64,000 nt of DNA from Octopus bimaculoides (Eukaryota), in assembly GCF_001194135.2 (NCBI RefSeq), contig NC_068994.1, positions 15,122,216 to 15,186,215 on the forward strand. Direction: 5' to 3'. The translations under genes and the position numbers were made by a program. Within the stretch, counting starts at the first letter, position 1, and each line of letters opens with the position of its first letter. Below, piece by piece: positions 48,999 through 62,689 of this stretch. The notes under the pieces were generated by a model, which searched no databases, was not told where the DNA came from, and worked only from the letters and a program-made list of their open reading frames with translations.

Positions 48999-51454
48999 CT
49001 AAATATGAAGATGGGAAACAGGAACTGCCTTCATGAATGGATGTGATTATTTGTACAGTGCCATTCAAGCTTTTTCATTGCCAAGAGGACATGTTACTTG
49101 TCTTACTACTTGTATGAGTCACAAAAGAAGTCCAAACTTGTTTGTGTACACTAGATGCTAGTACACTTGATGTGGTAAGCCAAGGCATTTTAATTAATTA
49201 AAATTACACCTTGTAGTGATGAGACTAGCTGTAAATAAATTATTTTATGAAACAGAAAACCTCCAGTTTTCACTTAAGCTGGTCAAATTATCTGAACAAT
49301 AATTTATAGTTTGTTACAGTGCTAAAATATAGTACTAAAACTGCATTTATTATCAATTCGGCACTTTGATTGGGTATCACATTGCAGATTCTTAAATAAG
49401 CTACCATCTATGGCAAGTTTTCAAACTTTCTATTAGTATTTTACATAAGGCATTTAAACTTGATATAATTCAAGTGTGTACTTAGATGTTTCTTTTGACT
49501 GAAAAGGCCATGAGCTACACTCTTCTAATCTAAATTCAATTTATATTTGTAGCAACATATTAAATGCATTTAAATTTTTTTTTTTTTTGTCCAACCTGAA
49601 TTTGTTTTGAAATGAAAAAAGAAAATACTATTTCAGTGTTCAATCCATGAAAATTTAGTCTTTCATACGAAACTTGTTTGGAAATATAAAGCTACAGCGG
49701 TGTGTGAATAGAAGTTAGGCATTGATTGTGCTATCAAACACATACCGAAAGTATTTGTTGCTGAAATATGGTGGTTGAAATAGAGAGGTCTTTTGAGAAA
49801 GATAAATCTGAACCTTTTAGTGGTTTGGTTATGTCATTATAAAAATACACATTTACTATTTTGTGCAAACATTTTAGTATAAGATCAAATATCCAGCCAT
49901 TAAGTGACAACTGGTTTTCGAGAACTTGCTCATATAACCTATCATAGCATAAAGAATTTCTGTGAGAACAGTTTCTACTACAATTTTAATTGTATGATTT
50001 AAAGAGAATTGAGAAAACATTCCAAGTTTGTTTTGGAGCATAAAATATTCTATTATAGAATGGAGTACAGAATATTCTATTTGTAAAGTAGGGAATAGAA
50101 AACTATCAGGATTTCCTGTTTTGAATATGGAGAGACTGAAAATTTCTTTTGAATCAAGTGAATAGCATACTTGCTGTAAATATTCTTTCTCTTCACATAA
50201 TCATTGCCTTATTTTCTTTATTTTATTGCCTCTCCTATTCTAGACTTCTTGCTGAGTAACCTTTTTTTGTTCTCTCTTCCCCCTTCCTACTCTTTATTAC
50301 TGTGGCTGTTACCCAAAGGATCACTTGTTTCTTCACTACTTCATACTTCATTTATCTTGGTTAGTTTATCTCAACCAGCTGGTATGATTCCAGTATGACT
50401 AACTACTATTCCTTATCTTATTTCTAATCTTCATTTCCAGTATGAACTTGCCTTTTCCTTTTCCTTGTAATTTTCAACAGTAGAAATTGTAAATCGCAAA
50501 TTTTCAGTGCTCTGTAAGCCCTTCTATATCACTAAGTTTGTATTAGAGGTATAAATGAGTCAGTTTAAAAAAAACAAAAAAAAACTAAATAAATATCACA
50601 AAATAACGAATAAATACTCTTACATTTTCATTTTTATATTGAAGTGTGTATTCTAATTCTGTCGGTTACATTTTTGATATTCTTCACTTTTAAAATCTGT
50701 TGTGTTTATGTTAAAGTCATGTTTGAAGACTTTCAGATAATGTACTTTTATTGTTTGAAAAGTCAGGATCTCCATTTATGGATGTAAAACTGATAGTAGT
50801 GTAGAAAGGAAAGGTTGTTCGCTAGCCAAATATTTCTCATAAAACAAAAGCATGTTTATGTATCATAACTCATAAATTAGTATTTTATGTACTTTTCCTC
50901 TTTGAATAAAGTAATTGTTATGGGTATTGCAATAAAGTGTTGAACAGATTAAACTTATAAAGTTATCCTCCTGTCAAGTTGTTTGACAAGTGGAAAGCTG
51001 CAAAACAATTCATGTTGATGTTTTTGTGTTTATAGCCCACTCCACTTTACTATTTCAAATATTACAATTAATGGCACTAATGCTACAGGTAACATATTAG
51101 AAAAGGGTATTGAGTTACTATGCCAGATGTCTTTCTCACTAGCTATATGCAATTGTTTTAGTTCCCTATTTTATTCAGTCTTGTACTTTTGGTTTGTCTT
51201 ACATAATCATAAATTCCTTATTTATTGTAGTTATTTTTTATTTAGTTATTTTTTTTTTTTTTTTTTTTGTTCTCTTGCTGCATCAATTTTATCCATTAAA
51301 CCCTAGGGATGGAAGCAACAGCAGCCAAACGTATCTGAGATGCAGGGGGGAACTGTCCTACACACCATCATTCAATATCTGTGCATTAGTGACTTGTTGG
51401 CTTGTGTGAAACAGCTACTGTTAGAGGTAGATTAAATCTGGCTGATTGTTTAGT

Positions 51455-53280
51455 CAAGGCATGGACAACCTTTTTCCATGTGTGGGCCAGATTGTTTTCT
51501 CACCAAAGTCGCCTTAATTATAGACTTATAAAATATGTACACAAGTGCTTATACAAGTATTTGCTTTATAATATAAAAAGGATATTAAAATAAGGGTAAG
51601 AACAAAACAATTTATTAATATAAAACAAATGTAACTGAATCAGTAAAATTATTTATTCATTCTCATAGGGAGAAAATAGCCATGAAACATTATTCTAATG
51701 GGATATTTGGGGTTGATGTTTCTTCACCAACATCTCAATGTTCGAAGACATGCTAGAGGTGGCTACTCTCAAGTTAATTTTCAAGATGATTATCAGTTAT
51801 TCTTGATCTTGCTTTGGATTTGGTAGATTTCATTTTTGAGAATAGCTACTCACATATGTGCTCCCAAAGAGTAACATTTTCTTTCTAGCAAAATCCACAA
51901 TCAAGGGGAAATTTTCTGTAGGTAGGTTTTTTATAAAACTCTATTAGTGAATGATCTCTCATTTCCTGTTTTAGATCTTCATTCCCTTGGAGTTCAATTA
52001 ATTCCATCTGTAATTCCTTGGGAGCCTGGTTAATATTGATATCAAAAGGTGAAGAAAATATACATAGATTTGTTTCTTGTGATCTGAAATCTTGAAATCT
52101 ATTATTGAATTTTTCATTGATCAATTTTACCTCATCTGCATAAAAAGTACAATTGATTTTGCCATAAATTGCCAATGTTGGGAAATGGAATGTATTACAA
52201 TTTCTGAGCTGTCATTCCTGCAGTTGCATTTTGTTTTGAAATGTTTTGATATGACTGTACGACTTGATGAATGAATTGGCCTTCTCCTTGCAATTTCAAA
52301 TTAAGGTCATTAAGATATGAAACAAGTCAGCAAGAAAAGCAAGACCACATATTCAGCCATCATCACTTCACTCCTCGGATCATAAAATCATTTCAACATT
52401 TTTCCTTTGCTCAACCATTGCACCTCACAATAGTAAACCAAATCTCCATATTCTGCCTCAATATCCTAAAGAAATTCTTTAAACTGGTGGTGGTTCAAAG
52501 CTCGGGATTTTATAAAATTTATGCTCGAAACAACCTTGGACATGACATGTTCAAATTTGAGTAACTTGGCACACAAATTCTCCTGGTGAATTATGCACTG
52601 AAAGAGGATAAATCTTTTGTATCTATTCATAGAAGCCAATTTCGATCTGATTTTAGAAACTAAGCCTGCTTTATTACCAACCATAGCAGGAGCACCATCT
52701 GTTGATAAACCATGAAGGTTTTTGAAATGTAGATTAAATCTGGCCATTAACATTTTCAATTCTTGAAAAACATCCTCCCCAGTGGTGGTGTCTTTCATTC
52801 CCCGAAGACCAAGCATTTTTTTGGTGATATTTAAATCTTCATCAATTCCACATACAAAAACCACAAGTTGGGCTATATTTGACACGTCAGTGCTCTCATC
52901 AATAGCTAAGGAAAAATATTTAAAATGCAAAGAAAGCCTTTTCAAGCCTAATTCTACATTAGTTGCAAGTTTGTCAATCCATCTTGTTACAGTTCTACAA
53001 GACAAACTAATATTATCAATTTCTTTTTTTTTTTTTACCTGAACAAAAACTTTCAGCTACTGCTTGTAGGTATTCTTTTACAAATTCACCATCGGAATAA
53101 TTTTTCAAATGTTTTGCAATTTTCTCACAAATGATATAACTAGCACGAATAATATTTTCGGTACCTTCATGTCTCTTCACAAAAATTGTCTGCTACTCTT
53201 TCAATTCAACAACAGGAATTTGATTATGCAACGATTTACCTGTATAATGGGATCCAGTTGTATCTTTTCAGGTGATATTC
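51455..53280 (-). mobile_element. Decayed, 5'-truncated hAT DNA transposon (Charlie/SPIN/GTF2IRD2-like transposase)
   Basis: A hAT-like terminus CAAGGCATGGACAACC lies at 51455. I could not find a matching TIR at the other end. Confidence 0.75.
51695..53270 (-). pseudogene. hAT transposase pseudogene
   Basis: Motifs in order: RASYIICEKIAKH…SDGEFVKE, FSLAIDESTD (first catalytic D), STDGAPAM (second D), CIIHQENLC (CxxH), EVQWLS, LNDLNLKLQG, FSSPF…QMELIELQ and ICE*LFSKMK…SRITDNHL…QISH*. Several in-frame stops and frameshifts are present. Confidence 0.9.
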
Positions 53281-53884
53281 AATTGCTGTCCCCATTAGTT
53301 ACAAAACCTAAGGGTGAACGAGCTCTATTTTGTACTCTATATTTCTAATGGAATACACCTTAAATGTGTGTGTAGGTGTGTGCGTGTGTAGGTAGGTGTA
53401 TGTGTGCGCATGTGTGTAGGTGTATGTGTGCGTGCATATGTGCGTGTGTAGGTGTATCTGTGTGGGGTGGGGTATGTGTGTGTCAAAGTTTGAAATAATT
53501 ATTATTTCAAATTTCTTATTGCGTATATTTTCCTTCTGCTCATTTTATTAGTTGCACGAATTGAAGTTTTATTTCGACTGTGTGTGGTGTGTGTTCTGAG
53601 ATAAAGACATGTTACTCCATTTTCATTTGTCTGGCAGAAGAATAAGTGCCACTTCTGTGTCACAACTAAATGATTAGTTGTAGGACTTGTTCCAATATTG
53701 TACCCAAACTGTTCCACTTAATGTTAACAGAAAAAGTTTCATTTCTTAGCTATTTTTCATCTGTGTTTTGGTTGTGCGTGTCTGAAAGGCTAGTGAAACT
53801 TATACCTTCATCTTCTACGCTGTTCACTTTATGTATATGGTGGGGGTGGGTATGTGTAGGTGTGTGTGTGTATGTAGGTATGTG

Positions 53885-54131
53885 AATGTTTGTGTCTCTT
53901 GTCTTGACATCATGTGATACTTGTAAAATGGTTGTCAATCATACAGGCAGTGTCATTCATTTCCAATATACTGTGGAAAACATGCCTGGCTGTGAGGAAA
54001 TATTACCTTGCTTGGAAAGAGGTGAGGGGTGGAGACACGAAGGACATCCTGCTGTAGAAAATCTACCTCAGTGAACTCCATCTGACACATGCAACCATGG
54101 AAAAGTGGACATTAAAATGATGATGATGATT
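53885..54131 (+). mobile_element. Family E-type retroposon tail (second variant)
   Basis: gtcttgacatc…gcagtgtcattcatttcc…gaaggacatcctgctgtagaaa…catggaaaagtggacattaaaatgatgatgatg. Similar to 40165-40345. Confidence 0.7.
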
Positions 54132-54226
54132 GTCTATGTATGTATGTGCATGTGTGTGATGCACATTTATAAGCAGTATACCATTTGAATATTAAATGCT
54201 TTTTTTTTTATTCAATTTTTTTACAG

Positions 54227-54303
54227 GTAAAATGGATGATGTATTGGATTGTTTTCGCTCTCTTCACCAGTTTCGAGACTTTCTCTGATTGCATTTTATC
54301 ATG
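54227..54303 (+). CDS. REEP: REEP1-4 subfamily coding exon, equivalent to vertebrate exon 3
   Basis: A T-rich tract plus ttacag ends at 54226 and donor gtaagt starts at 54304. The 77 nt read [25 protein letters not shown] plus TG (split Trp codon). This continues the previous exon in phase 0 into the hallmark EYVKWMMYW motif. It is absent from the ORF track. Confidence 0.95.
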
Positions 54304-56794
54304 GTAAGTACTGCTGACATTTGCTAAATATTTAACAATTGTAACCTTACATTTTTCTTTGTTTATTTTGTTGGTGTTTTTCTGTTTTACATCTGTAGTG
54401 AACAGTGTAAAGTAAATGACCCCCCNNNNNNNNNNACTCCTTAGTAAGCAAAGTATGTGATCCAATTTTGATTTGCAGCATGCTTGCACATTAAAACATG
54501 TGCATGAATTATACATGCATGTACATGCATGTATATGATTTCCAATTAGATTTTTTGAAAGGAAATTTTTTATGCTAAAATTATAGTTGCTTACAAATGA
54601 ATTAATAGGTTACTGGTGCATAGCAGCAGTAATTTTGAAACTAATGCAGTAAATGTATCAGAACTTTCTGAAAAATTAACTGTGATAGACTGTTGGCTTA
54701 TCCTGTTAGAGGTTTAGCTATTATTTGCTTCATGCTGCTTAGAAAAGTCAGAGCTAAGTGCTTGGCATGTCAAATATTTATTTATTACAAGCATAAATTT
54801 ATGTCTTGCATGTATATATGTGCATGCATACATTAATGTAAGCATAATTATCCAATTTATGTATTGAAAAGTGTTATGTATGCAGTGTCATGCATGTGTA
54901 TACTCAAAAAATATAATCTGCGTGAATAAATGTCGAAATAAACAAGAAATCTGATTATTGCAATTGGGTTTCATTTTGTGTGATGGGGGGGGGGGATATT
55001 GAGAGGACGGTCTAATTTCAGAAATGGGATGGATAATTTTTCAGGGTTCTCTAGTCAAAGAGATTTAATGGTTCCATTAACCCTATTTTAGACACTTGAA
55101 GAAGAAAGCAGAGGACACTGTAAATGAAATTGAACAAAGACATTACTCAGACTTGGGTATTAAGCAAAACTATATTGAAAATAGCCAAAGGATATGTATG
55201 TGTATGTAAGGTGGCAGCATGTGCATATAATAGTGGAGAGAATTTCATTGTACTTACTTGGTAACATTTCTGAAAGTATCCTACTGTGAAATCTAATTTC
55301 CCTGAAATATTCTGATAACTTAGTTCCTTTGGCTTCACAAAAGGAGACCCATCATTGTTCAAAATTACAAAGAAGAAAAAAAAAAGTTTAAAATGACCAT
55401 AATGCCAATTTCTATTACGTTCAGAAAAATATTTTTGATAAGTAGGTTGAAGATGAGTTACGAGGCCTTCCCCCCCCCTTCATAAATTTCAACATCTTTC
55501 CTAAGTTCCTATGCTCATAATCATTCATTGTTCAAGAGAGAATATTATATTTAACTTGTTTTGAACTTTTGCTGGTTTCACTACCAATTTCTTTCTCTCC
55601 TTGCCAAACTGCCTACTTTAAAAAGCATTTCTTTTGTTGTCAATGCTGTTTGCACCATTTACCAGCTATGCTTTATACTACACTTGGCTGCACTTAGCAG
55701 GGTCTGATTTTTTAGTTAGGTGCTTGACCAATAAAATTTTTTTAATGTTGTAATTTGAATGCTTTTCTGTCTATGAAAAAAAAAAAAAAGAAAATATCTT
55801 CTGCCAATTAGATAATTGATACATGAACTTTTCAAGCTTTACCTCAGTTTATTCGCACCAACCACTGTCGAAATTTTACCCATGTCAACTTTAACGGCAC
55901 ACCATTTTCTAACCATTTCAAACAAAGTGGAAAGTGATGTGTTAAATGGTAACTAATGCAATATAATTCCAACCTCTTCCATTTTCAAAAGAATATTTCA
56001 AGAATTATCTGACAAGTTTTCAAAGAAAACTCTAAAGAAAGATACTGTAAAACTTATAATTTTAAAAACATGAATAAATACATGCTCTATAAATATTTCA
56101 ATATTTTTTCCCTTCCTATGTGAAATTACATTCATCTATATATACAGGCATTTATGAATACCAATAACTTGTGACTAAACTAGTATCATCATAGTGAACA
56201 CCTTTATTGGTTAATATGTTCCAGTCAATAATGTCACTTACTTTTCTGTGAAACCTTTTTATATAAATATTTTTTTAGAATAAAATTCTTTTATTTCAAG
56301 CTCAGATTACTGACAATGAGTAAATTTTTTACTCCTATTTTTAAAATCATTTTTAACTTCTCTTCCCTCTTCTTATCATTAATGGCACTTTTTTTAATAA
56401 AATATTTTGAACAATATTTATTGGCTTATGGAGCTTAGTTAGTAGTTAAAAGAATAGAATAGGTTATATAAAATGTCACATTAGATTTTGTACTGTCAGT
56501 TTTAAAGCTAGCTTTCTGTTTTCTTATCTGAATGCTTTTATTTCATAAAGCAATTATTCTGAAAATATTCTTTGAACATGTGTGTGTGTGTGTGTGTGTG
56601 TGTCAAATGAATGAAGAATGCTCAATACATGTAGGCTATATGGCTTATTGAAACTGAATTATCATCATCCAATTTGAGTCTCATAGCATTGCAATTCATG
56701 CAAGAACTGGAGATTGCAATGGCATGAAATTCAAGTTGCAAGATAAAAAATTTAGGTTCAATAAAAGGTGTATGTTTGTATAAATATATACATA

Positions 56795-57011
56795 CAAGGG
56801 GGTGCTGAAAAGTTCTTCGCTTTGAGTAAAAGAAAACACAGGAGAATCAGTTGATTATGATTTTGTTCAACATGTTCTCCTCTCAGATTCACACACTTAT
56901 TGCAATGGTCTTTCAGTTTTTCTAAGCCCTGTAAAATAATTCAGAAGTTTGGGCCTCGGACCAGGCCTCTTGCAATATCCTTAAAACCAGGAACTTTTCA
57001 GCACCCACTCA
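56795..57011. mobile_element. mariner-type MITE
   Basis: TIRs CAAGGGGGTGCTGAAAAGTTCTTCGCTTT / AAAACCAGGAACTTTTCAGCACCCACTCA, with TA on both flanks (56793-94, 57012-13). Confidence 0.85.
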
Positions 57012-58552
57012 TACATTTTTATGTGTGTGTGTGTAAACATTCTCAATATCAACTATTTCCATTTTAATCTACACTTTTTCTGGAATTTGATACGTGCAGT
57101 CACTATGCCCAAGTTAATAAAGTGTTGACCTTTTAAACTAAAGAGCATTTTGTATCCTGTCATTAACACTGGCCAAGGTGCTAATTTCTTCCAATCTTCA
57201 TACACTTGGCAGCAGTGCAAAGTAAGAGAAGGAAAGACTGGTTAGGTCAGAAAGAAACAACATTTGCAGCATATATATATGTGAAGTGGAATACTAGTTT
57301 CAACCTGGGATCAAAGTGAGTTGTAGATTGTGCTTGAGACATGAGCTTATACTACAGTGCTCATACCATGATGCTTATAATGTATTAACATATAGCTATG
57401 CATCATTTTATATATATATATATATATCCCTTCGAAATTGCTCTTAACTGTGGTTTGGACTTTTTGACTGTTCCTTCTAGTATGTAAAGCGACCTGTTTG
57501 GTAGAAAATATTTCTATAATTTTTCCTACCCTATATTAATTTTTATATATATATATATATGCATGTATGAGTCCTTATATATTTATAGAGTTAAGAAATG
57601 GGAAGGGAAATCCTGTTTAACTCACATTTAATCTAGCTCTCTGTCTTGTATTTGATATGGTACTTCTCTTTTGTAATAAATAAAATTTGTACCAGTAATA
57701 TACTGAGTAAAGTTAAATAACTATATCCCTTGATCGTCTGAAAAGTGCTTTATGTATACTTGTAAGACTTGTGGAAAATCTTCAGATGTTTTGAGAACTA
57801 TAGAATTGCTAGAAGTTCATAGAGAACAATGAAATTCATTATTTCCTTTTGAAATGTTTTTTTTTTTTGAAGCATTTGATTCTTGTGATGATGTAGTCTT
57901 AGGAGATAAAATCTTTGGAAACTATATTCTTTGTCATAGACTTGTTACCCCTTCTACTTTGGGAGTTGTAATCTATTATTTTCATCGTTACATCAGAAAT
58001 GGAAGTGCACTGAGAAAAGCTACATACAGTGTTTATGTGAAAATACAAGTTCACTTCTCTTCACCTACCCATTGTGACTATACTATTAAATTTATTGAAA
58101 ATATGTTGGAAGAGAACATATAGGGAACATATCAAACAATCTAAACTATGGACCTAAATTAAAGACATTATTTTTATTATTATTACTCTGCTACATACAA
58201 CCATGTTAGTAATGCTTTAAATTCAATTATGAGACAACTGAATTTAATCCTACATAGACATCGTCATGGCATACCAACAAATGGGTTTTACGCAGTTTGT
58301 ATGTAGTCATAGATTGGTGATTCAGGCGCATGATGTTGATAAGCCACAAAAATGACAAAATATCAGTAGCCACCACTCCTGAATGTGATTAAGGGCAAGT
58401 TATCTCACCTGTCTATGACTTTCAGGTGTTTCAACACCCACTTTCAGCTCACTTAAGTTACAGCATACTGGCAAACAAGTAAATCACACATATTGAGCAT
58501 GGGTAGTCAATAATGTTTACAACACTAGCTCTGCCCCTAATTGATAATTAAA

Positions 58553-58561
58553 CGCATGCGC

Positions 58562-58611
<50 letters not shown>

Positions 58612-58745
58612 AAGTCATGATTTGATTGAGAAGTTAACTTCCCACCCACATGGTTTCAGGTTCAGTCCCACTGAACCTGAACTTGGACTTGTGTTTTAGT
58701 CTTGGGTTTTATGAGTGAATTTGGTAGATGGAAGCTGAAATAAGT
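58553..58745 (+). mobile_element. (CA)n microsatellite followed by a SINE A head fragment
   Basis: (CA)n to 58608, then ccacatggtttcaggttcagtcccactg…gagtgaatttggtagatggaagctgaaa. Confidence 0.7.
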
Positions 58746-60151
58746 CTGAATGATGTGTGCACAAGCACTCAGAGTTGTATAACTCTGAGTACATTAAAAT
58801 GAACTTCATTTGAATGACTCTAAGGAAGCTATAAGATGTTGCACAAGCACTTAACTTTGAGTGGTATGCTTCTTATAGCAGAAACAGCTGTAATTTAATG
58901 AAGATGATTTTGTAACTCATGTTCTTTTGTCATTCAGTAATTAATATTATGCTCTGTACTCTCCAGACCATTTTACTCTAGATCATATGTATACTGAATT
59001 CTAACAAGCAGTTATTAATATCACAATGTCTAAGTAAAATCACAAAATGTATGTGTTTGTGTGTATGTGATATGACCTTTTTACAACGGTTTTTTTTCTT
59101 CTTTTTTTTCTTTTGACATTTTGGCATATTCCATTATATCTAATTCAGACTGAGTCAATCTGTTCATTGATAACCTATTGGTAATTCACCTTTCACTTTG
59201 TATGAATGACTTAAGACATTCTTATTTTTCTTCATCACCTGCAAATAGCCTTTACTATTTCAGTTCAATATAATTACATTGATAACTTATTTGTTCAGTA
59301 GATCACTTATATTAAACCATATTAACTTTTTCCTGACTTTATTATTAATGTTTTTACTCACAACAATTTTTTTTTGTAACATCAACCACTGCAGGTGGAG
59401 TTTTAATGCATTTAGCACAGTAAAACAGTGAAAAATGAAGCAGATAAAAGGTAGAAAAAAAAAAGAATGAAGCAAAAATACAACAGTTTCAGTTAATCAG
59501 ATAATTGTTAATGCATTTAGAATATTCGAAATATAAAAATGATATGGTTAATGGTTGTATACTCGCATGGTTAGTGGACTAAAGATTTACTTGTCTGATA
59601 TTGAGTGAAGTGTGATACTAGCACAGTCAAATGCTATATTGTCAAGTTTATTGTTACAGAAAACCTTTTAGTATAAGTTATATAACTTCCATTGTATGAG
59701 GAATAGTCTGGATATGTAGAAGGAAAACACATTTGTGAGTCTGGGCTAAAGGAGTAAGCAGCTAGCTTGTTTAGAAAAGCAGTCTGTTGTAGTTACAATT
59801 GAAGAGGTAGAAGAGACAATATGTCTTTGTCAATTGGCCAAATTGCCTTTTATTTATGTGTGTTAGAATGTTTGTTTTTGAGTATGTAATAGCACCATCC
59901 TGTATAAATATGGATTTCATATGAACTTTCTTGAGAATCGGGTACTTTGTGGGGCTAAAGATATTTTTTGTCTTTGAGAGGAAGCTTAGTCTTTGGGGTG
60001 CAGTTTTGGCAATGTTATTGTATAAAAGACCAAACATTTTAAAGGTTTTGCATGTAGTTTATGTATATGGAGGGTAGCAATTTTAATTTTGATACTGTTG
60101 ATGGAGACTAGGTTGTCATCTTACTACTGTGTGTTTGTCTATTATACTTAA

Positions 60152-60351
60152 CCCTTTAGCATCCAGATTATTGTCAAATGTAATCCTTATTTAGTCACAT
60201 CGTTTTCAGTTAATCATGCATTATCTCATAGCTTTGAGATTTTGATGATCTGATTGTTTATTTTAAGACTGACATTTTAAGACTGGCCAGTTTTCACATA
60301 GTAACAACTGGAATATTTAAGCTGGATATGGCCGGTTTAAACTCTAAAGGA
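60152..60351 (+). mobile_element. piggyBac-type MITE family P1
   Basis: TTAA(60148-51)-CCCTTTAGCATC…actctaaagga-TTAA(60352-55). Confidence 0.85.
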
Positions 60352-61567
60352 TTAAGCACCTAATTACTGGTTCTATGTATTAAACGTATTCAAAATCACT
60401 ATCTTGACAGAGATGACTTTTTTTTTTAACAGTTTCCATGTAAAGCTCCTATATGATTAGTACAGTACCATATCTTCTATCATTGAATTCAATGTCAAAA
60501 ATAGAAATTGAAATGTTGGAAACAATCAAAAAATGAGAAAAACCATTGAGACTAAATGCATCTGAGCTAGTCAAAATGCTTTCATTGCTTTTTACTACTC
60601 AAATCTTAATCACTAGTGAATTGAAGCAGTTTATTTTGTTTCATTTTGTATGAAATTGCAGTTAGCTTTATTTTACTGCTTTATATATTTTATTATCTTT
60701 TTCCATTACCAAAAACAAAAAAAAGAGAAAAAAATGCTCTTCCAAGCTAAAAATTCACTCTTGGAAATTAGGTTTGGCTTGTTTCAGGTCAGGTTGTAGA
60801 TTTAAAATATTTCAGTTGGCAGTTTCATTCCAGCAGTTATAGAACAAATTAACTTTCTAGAAGGTTCCGTTTTAGTGTTGTTCTTAGAAATGCTCTTAGA
60901 AAACTTGGTGACTAATTTCTTTTGAATATAGTACTGATGTTGAAACCAAATATTCAGCATTCATTGTGGGCAAATCATTGCTATTATAAAAGAAATCATT
61001 ATTTTTAGTGGACAAGTAGTATAAAAGAAAGAAAGGGTATGGAGAAGGGATTTCTCTTCATTATACAGCATGCATTAGTGATATTTCAAAGAGTCACAAA
61101 GCAGTTATCTGTTGTTGGTTTAACTTTTTCATGTATTTTAGGAAAACTTTCCATGTAGGATGAATTTTATTAATTCATTCAGGCTACATGGGCACACAAG
61201 CATGCACATACACACACACACAGAGTATTTAATTAGATCACTAGGGTGAAATGCTTCCGTAGATGTTTTTTTGCTTTAAAGCAACTGCCAGGAACAGTAG
61301 TCAAATCTTCAAATCAAATTCTACCATGTTAGAAAAAATAGCATGAGATAAAGTAGTTATAGATGGGGAAGTGGTTCCAGTTGGAATGTTTTTGATACAG
61401 GCTTACTAAATAAAGGCTGACTCAAGGCAAAACAGCTACTAATTCAAGAATTAGTCTTATTCATTTTGTTATCAAGCTCAAATGCAAAATTTTAAATGAG
61501 ATGCATAATGAACAGTTAAAATTTAAAGAGTTTTATCAAATAATTCCTCATTTGATTACCACTTTAA

Positions 61568-61782
61568 CCCTTTAGCATTCAGATTACCCTGTCAAATATA
61601 ATGCTTATTTATTCACATTGTTTTGAATTAGTTACGCATTATCTCATAGCTTCAAGATTTTGATGATGTGATTGTTTAGTGTAGAATAACATTGTGAGGT
61701 CGGTGGGAGAAGCCAAATCATGCCAGTTTGAACGTAAAACAGAATTTTGGGGTCAGATATGGTCAGTTTAAATACTTGAGGG
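61568..61782 (+). mobile_element. piggyBac-type MITE family P1 (left arm of inverted dimer)
   Basis: TTAA(61564-67)-CCCTTTAGCATTCAGATTA…tacttgaggg-TTAA(61783-86). Confidence 0.88.
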
Positions 61783-61814
61783 TTAAATTATTTCCGTTTG
61801 TTATTTATTTACTA

Positions 61815-62018
61815 TGTCATTTAAGCCAGTCATATCCAGCCAAAATATTATACCTGTTAAATGTTCAATCCAGCCACTTTTAGATCAACCCTATAATATC
61901 AATCTAAAAATAAACAACCACATTGTCAAAATCACACTGCTATGAGATAATGTATGCCTAATACAAAAGAATTGATTAAATAAGCATTATATTTGACAAT
62001 AATCTGAATGCTAAAAGG
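61815..62018 (-). mobile_element. piggyBac-type MITE family P1 (right arm of inverted dimer)
   Basis: catttaagccagtcatatccagccaaaatatt…taatctgaatgctaaaagg-TTAA(62019-22). The inner terminus is eroded. Confidence 0.85.
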
Positions 62019-62689
62019 TTAAACATGGATTAAACACTTAGTTTTATCTTGACATATCATGAAAAAATTAGATATATATGTATATTCACTTCACTCAGGC
62101 AAATGAGTGTTAGCATGAAGCATCAGGTTAGCTTTAGTTAGACAACTTAAATGTTTATTAAACATGCCATTAAACACTTCACACTAGAAATATCATATTG
62201 GTTTCAGTTAGACATGTCAGACTGAAAAATCCATTATCTTTTTTAACAATGTGAGTCAGCTTAATAGTTTTGTTCTAGATTCAGATATGTGATTCAGATT
62301 AGTAGTCTTGTAGATTCTGTTATGCTAATTAACTCCATAGTTTTGTGCCAGTTTTGATTGTGCTTCAGCCTTGTATTCCTGCAAATCAGCCTAGCATAAT
62401 ATTCTTTTATTAGTTTCTGTCTTTGGACTACAGCTATGCTGAAACACTACCTTCTAGGGTTTTCGTCAAATATATTGACCTTAGTGTGTTTTTGTCTGCT
62501 TTATCAGCCTCTAAGGATAAAAAAATACTCCACCAACTGAAGGAAGGTAACTGAGATGATAATTAATCTTAATACTGGAAGATATTTTCATTCAACTCTC
62601 TGATTTTTTTTTTTTTTTTTTTTCATATTCCCCCACTTCCATGCATGCGTGCGCACACATCCACACATCCACTGGCCTTCTGTGCAGTT

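Larger units (their letters stand above)
16025..54226 (+). other. 38,202-nt GT-AG phase-0 intron of the REEP gene
   Basis: Defined by the two exons, whose translations join seamlessly (…VREY|VKWMMYW…). The length includes estimated N gaps. Confidence 0.88.

Noticed and set aside
53502-53717. 71-aa minus-strand ORF next to the hAT remnant as its missing N-terminus
   Set aside because: It has no BED-finger or other hAT motif and is separated from the remnant by a TG microsatellite.
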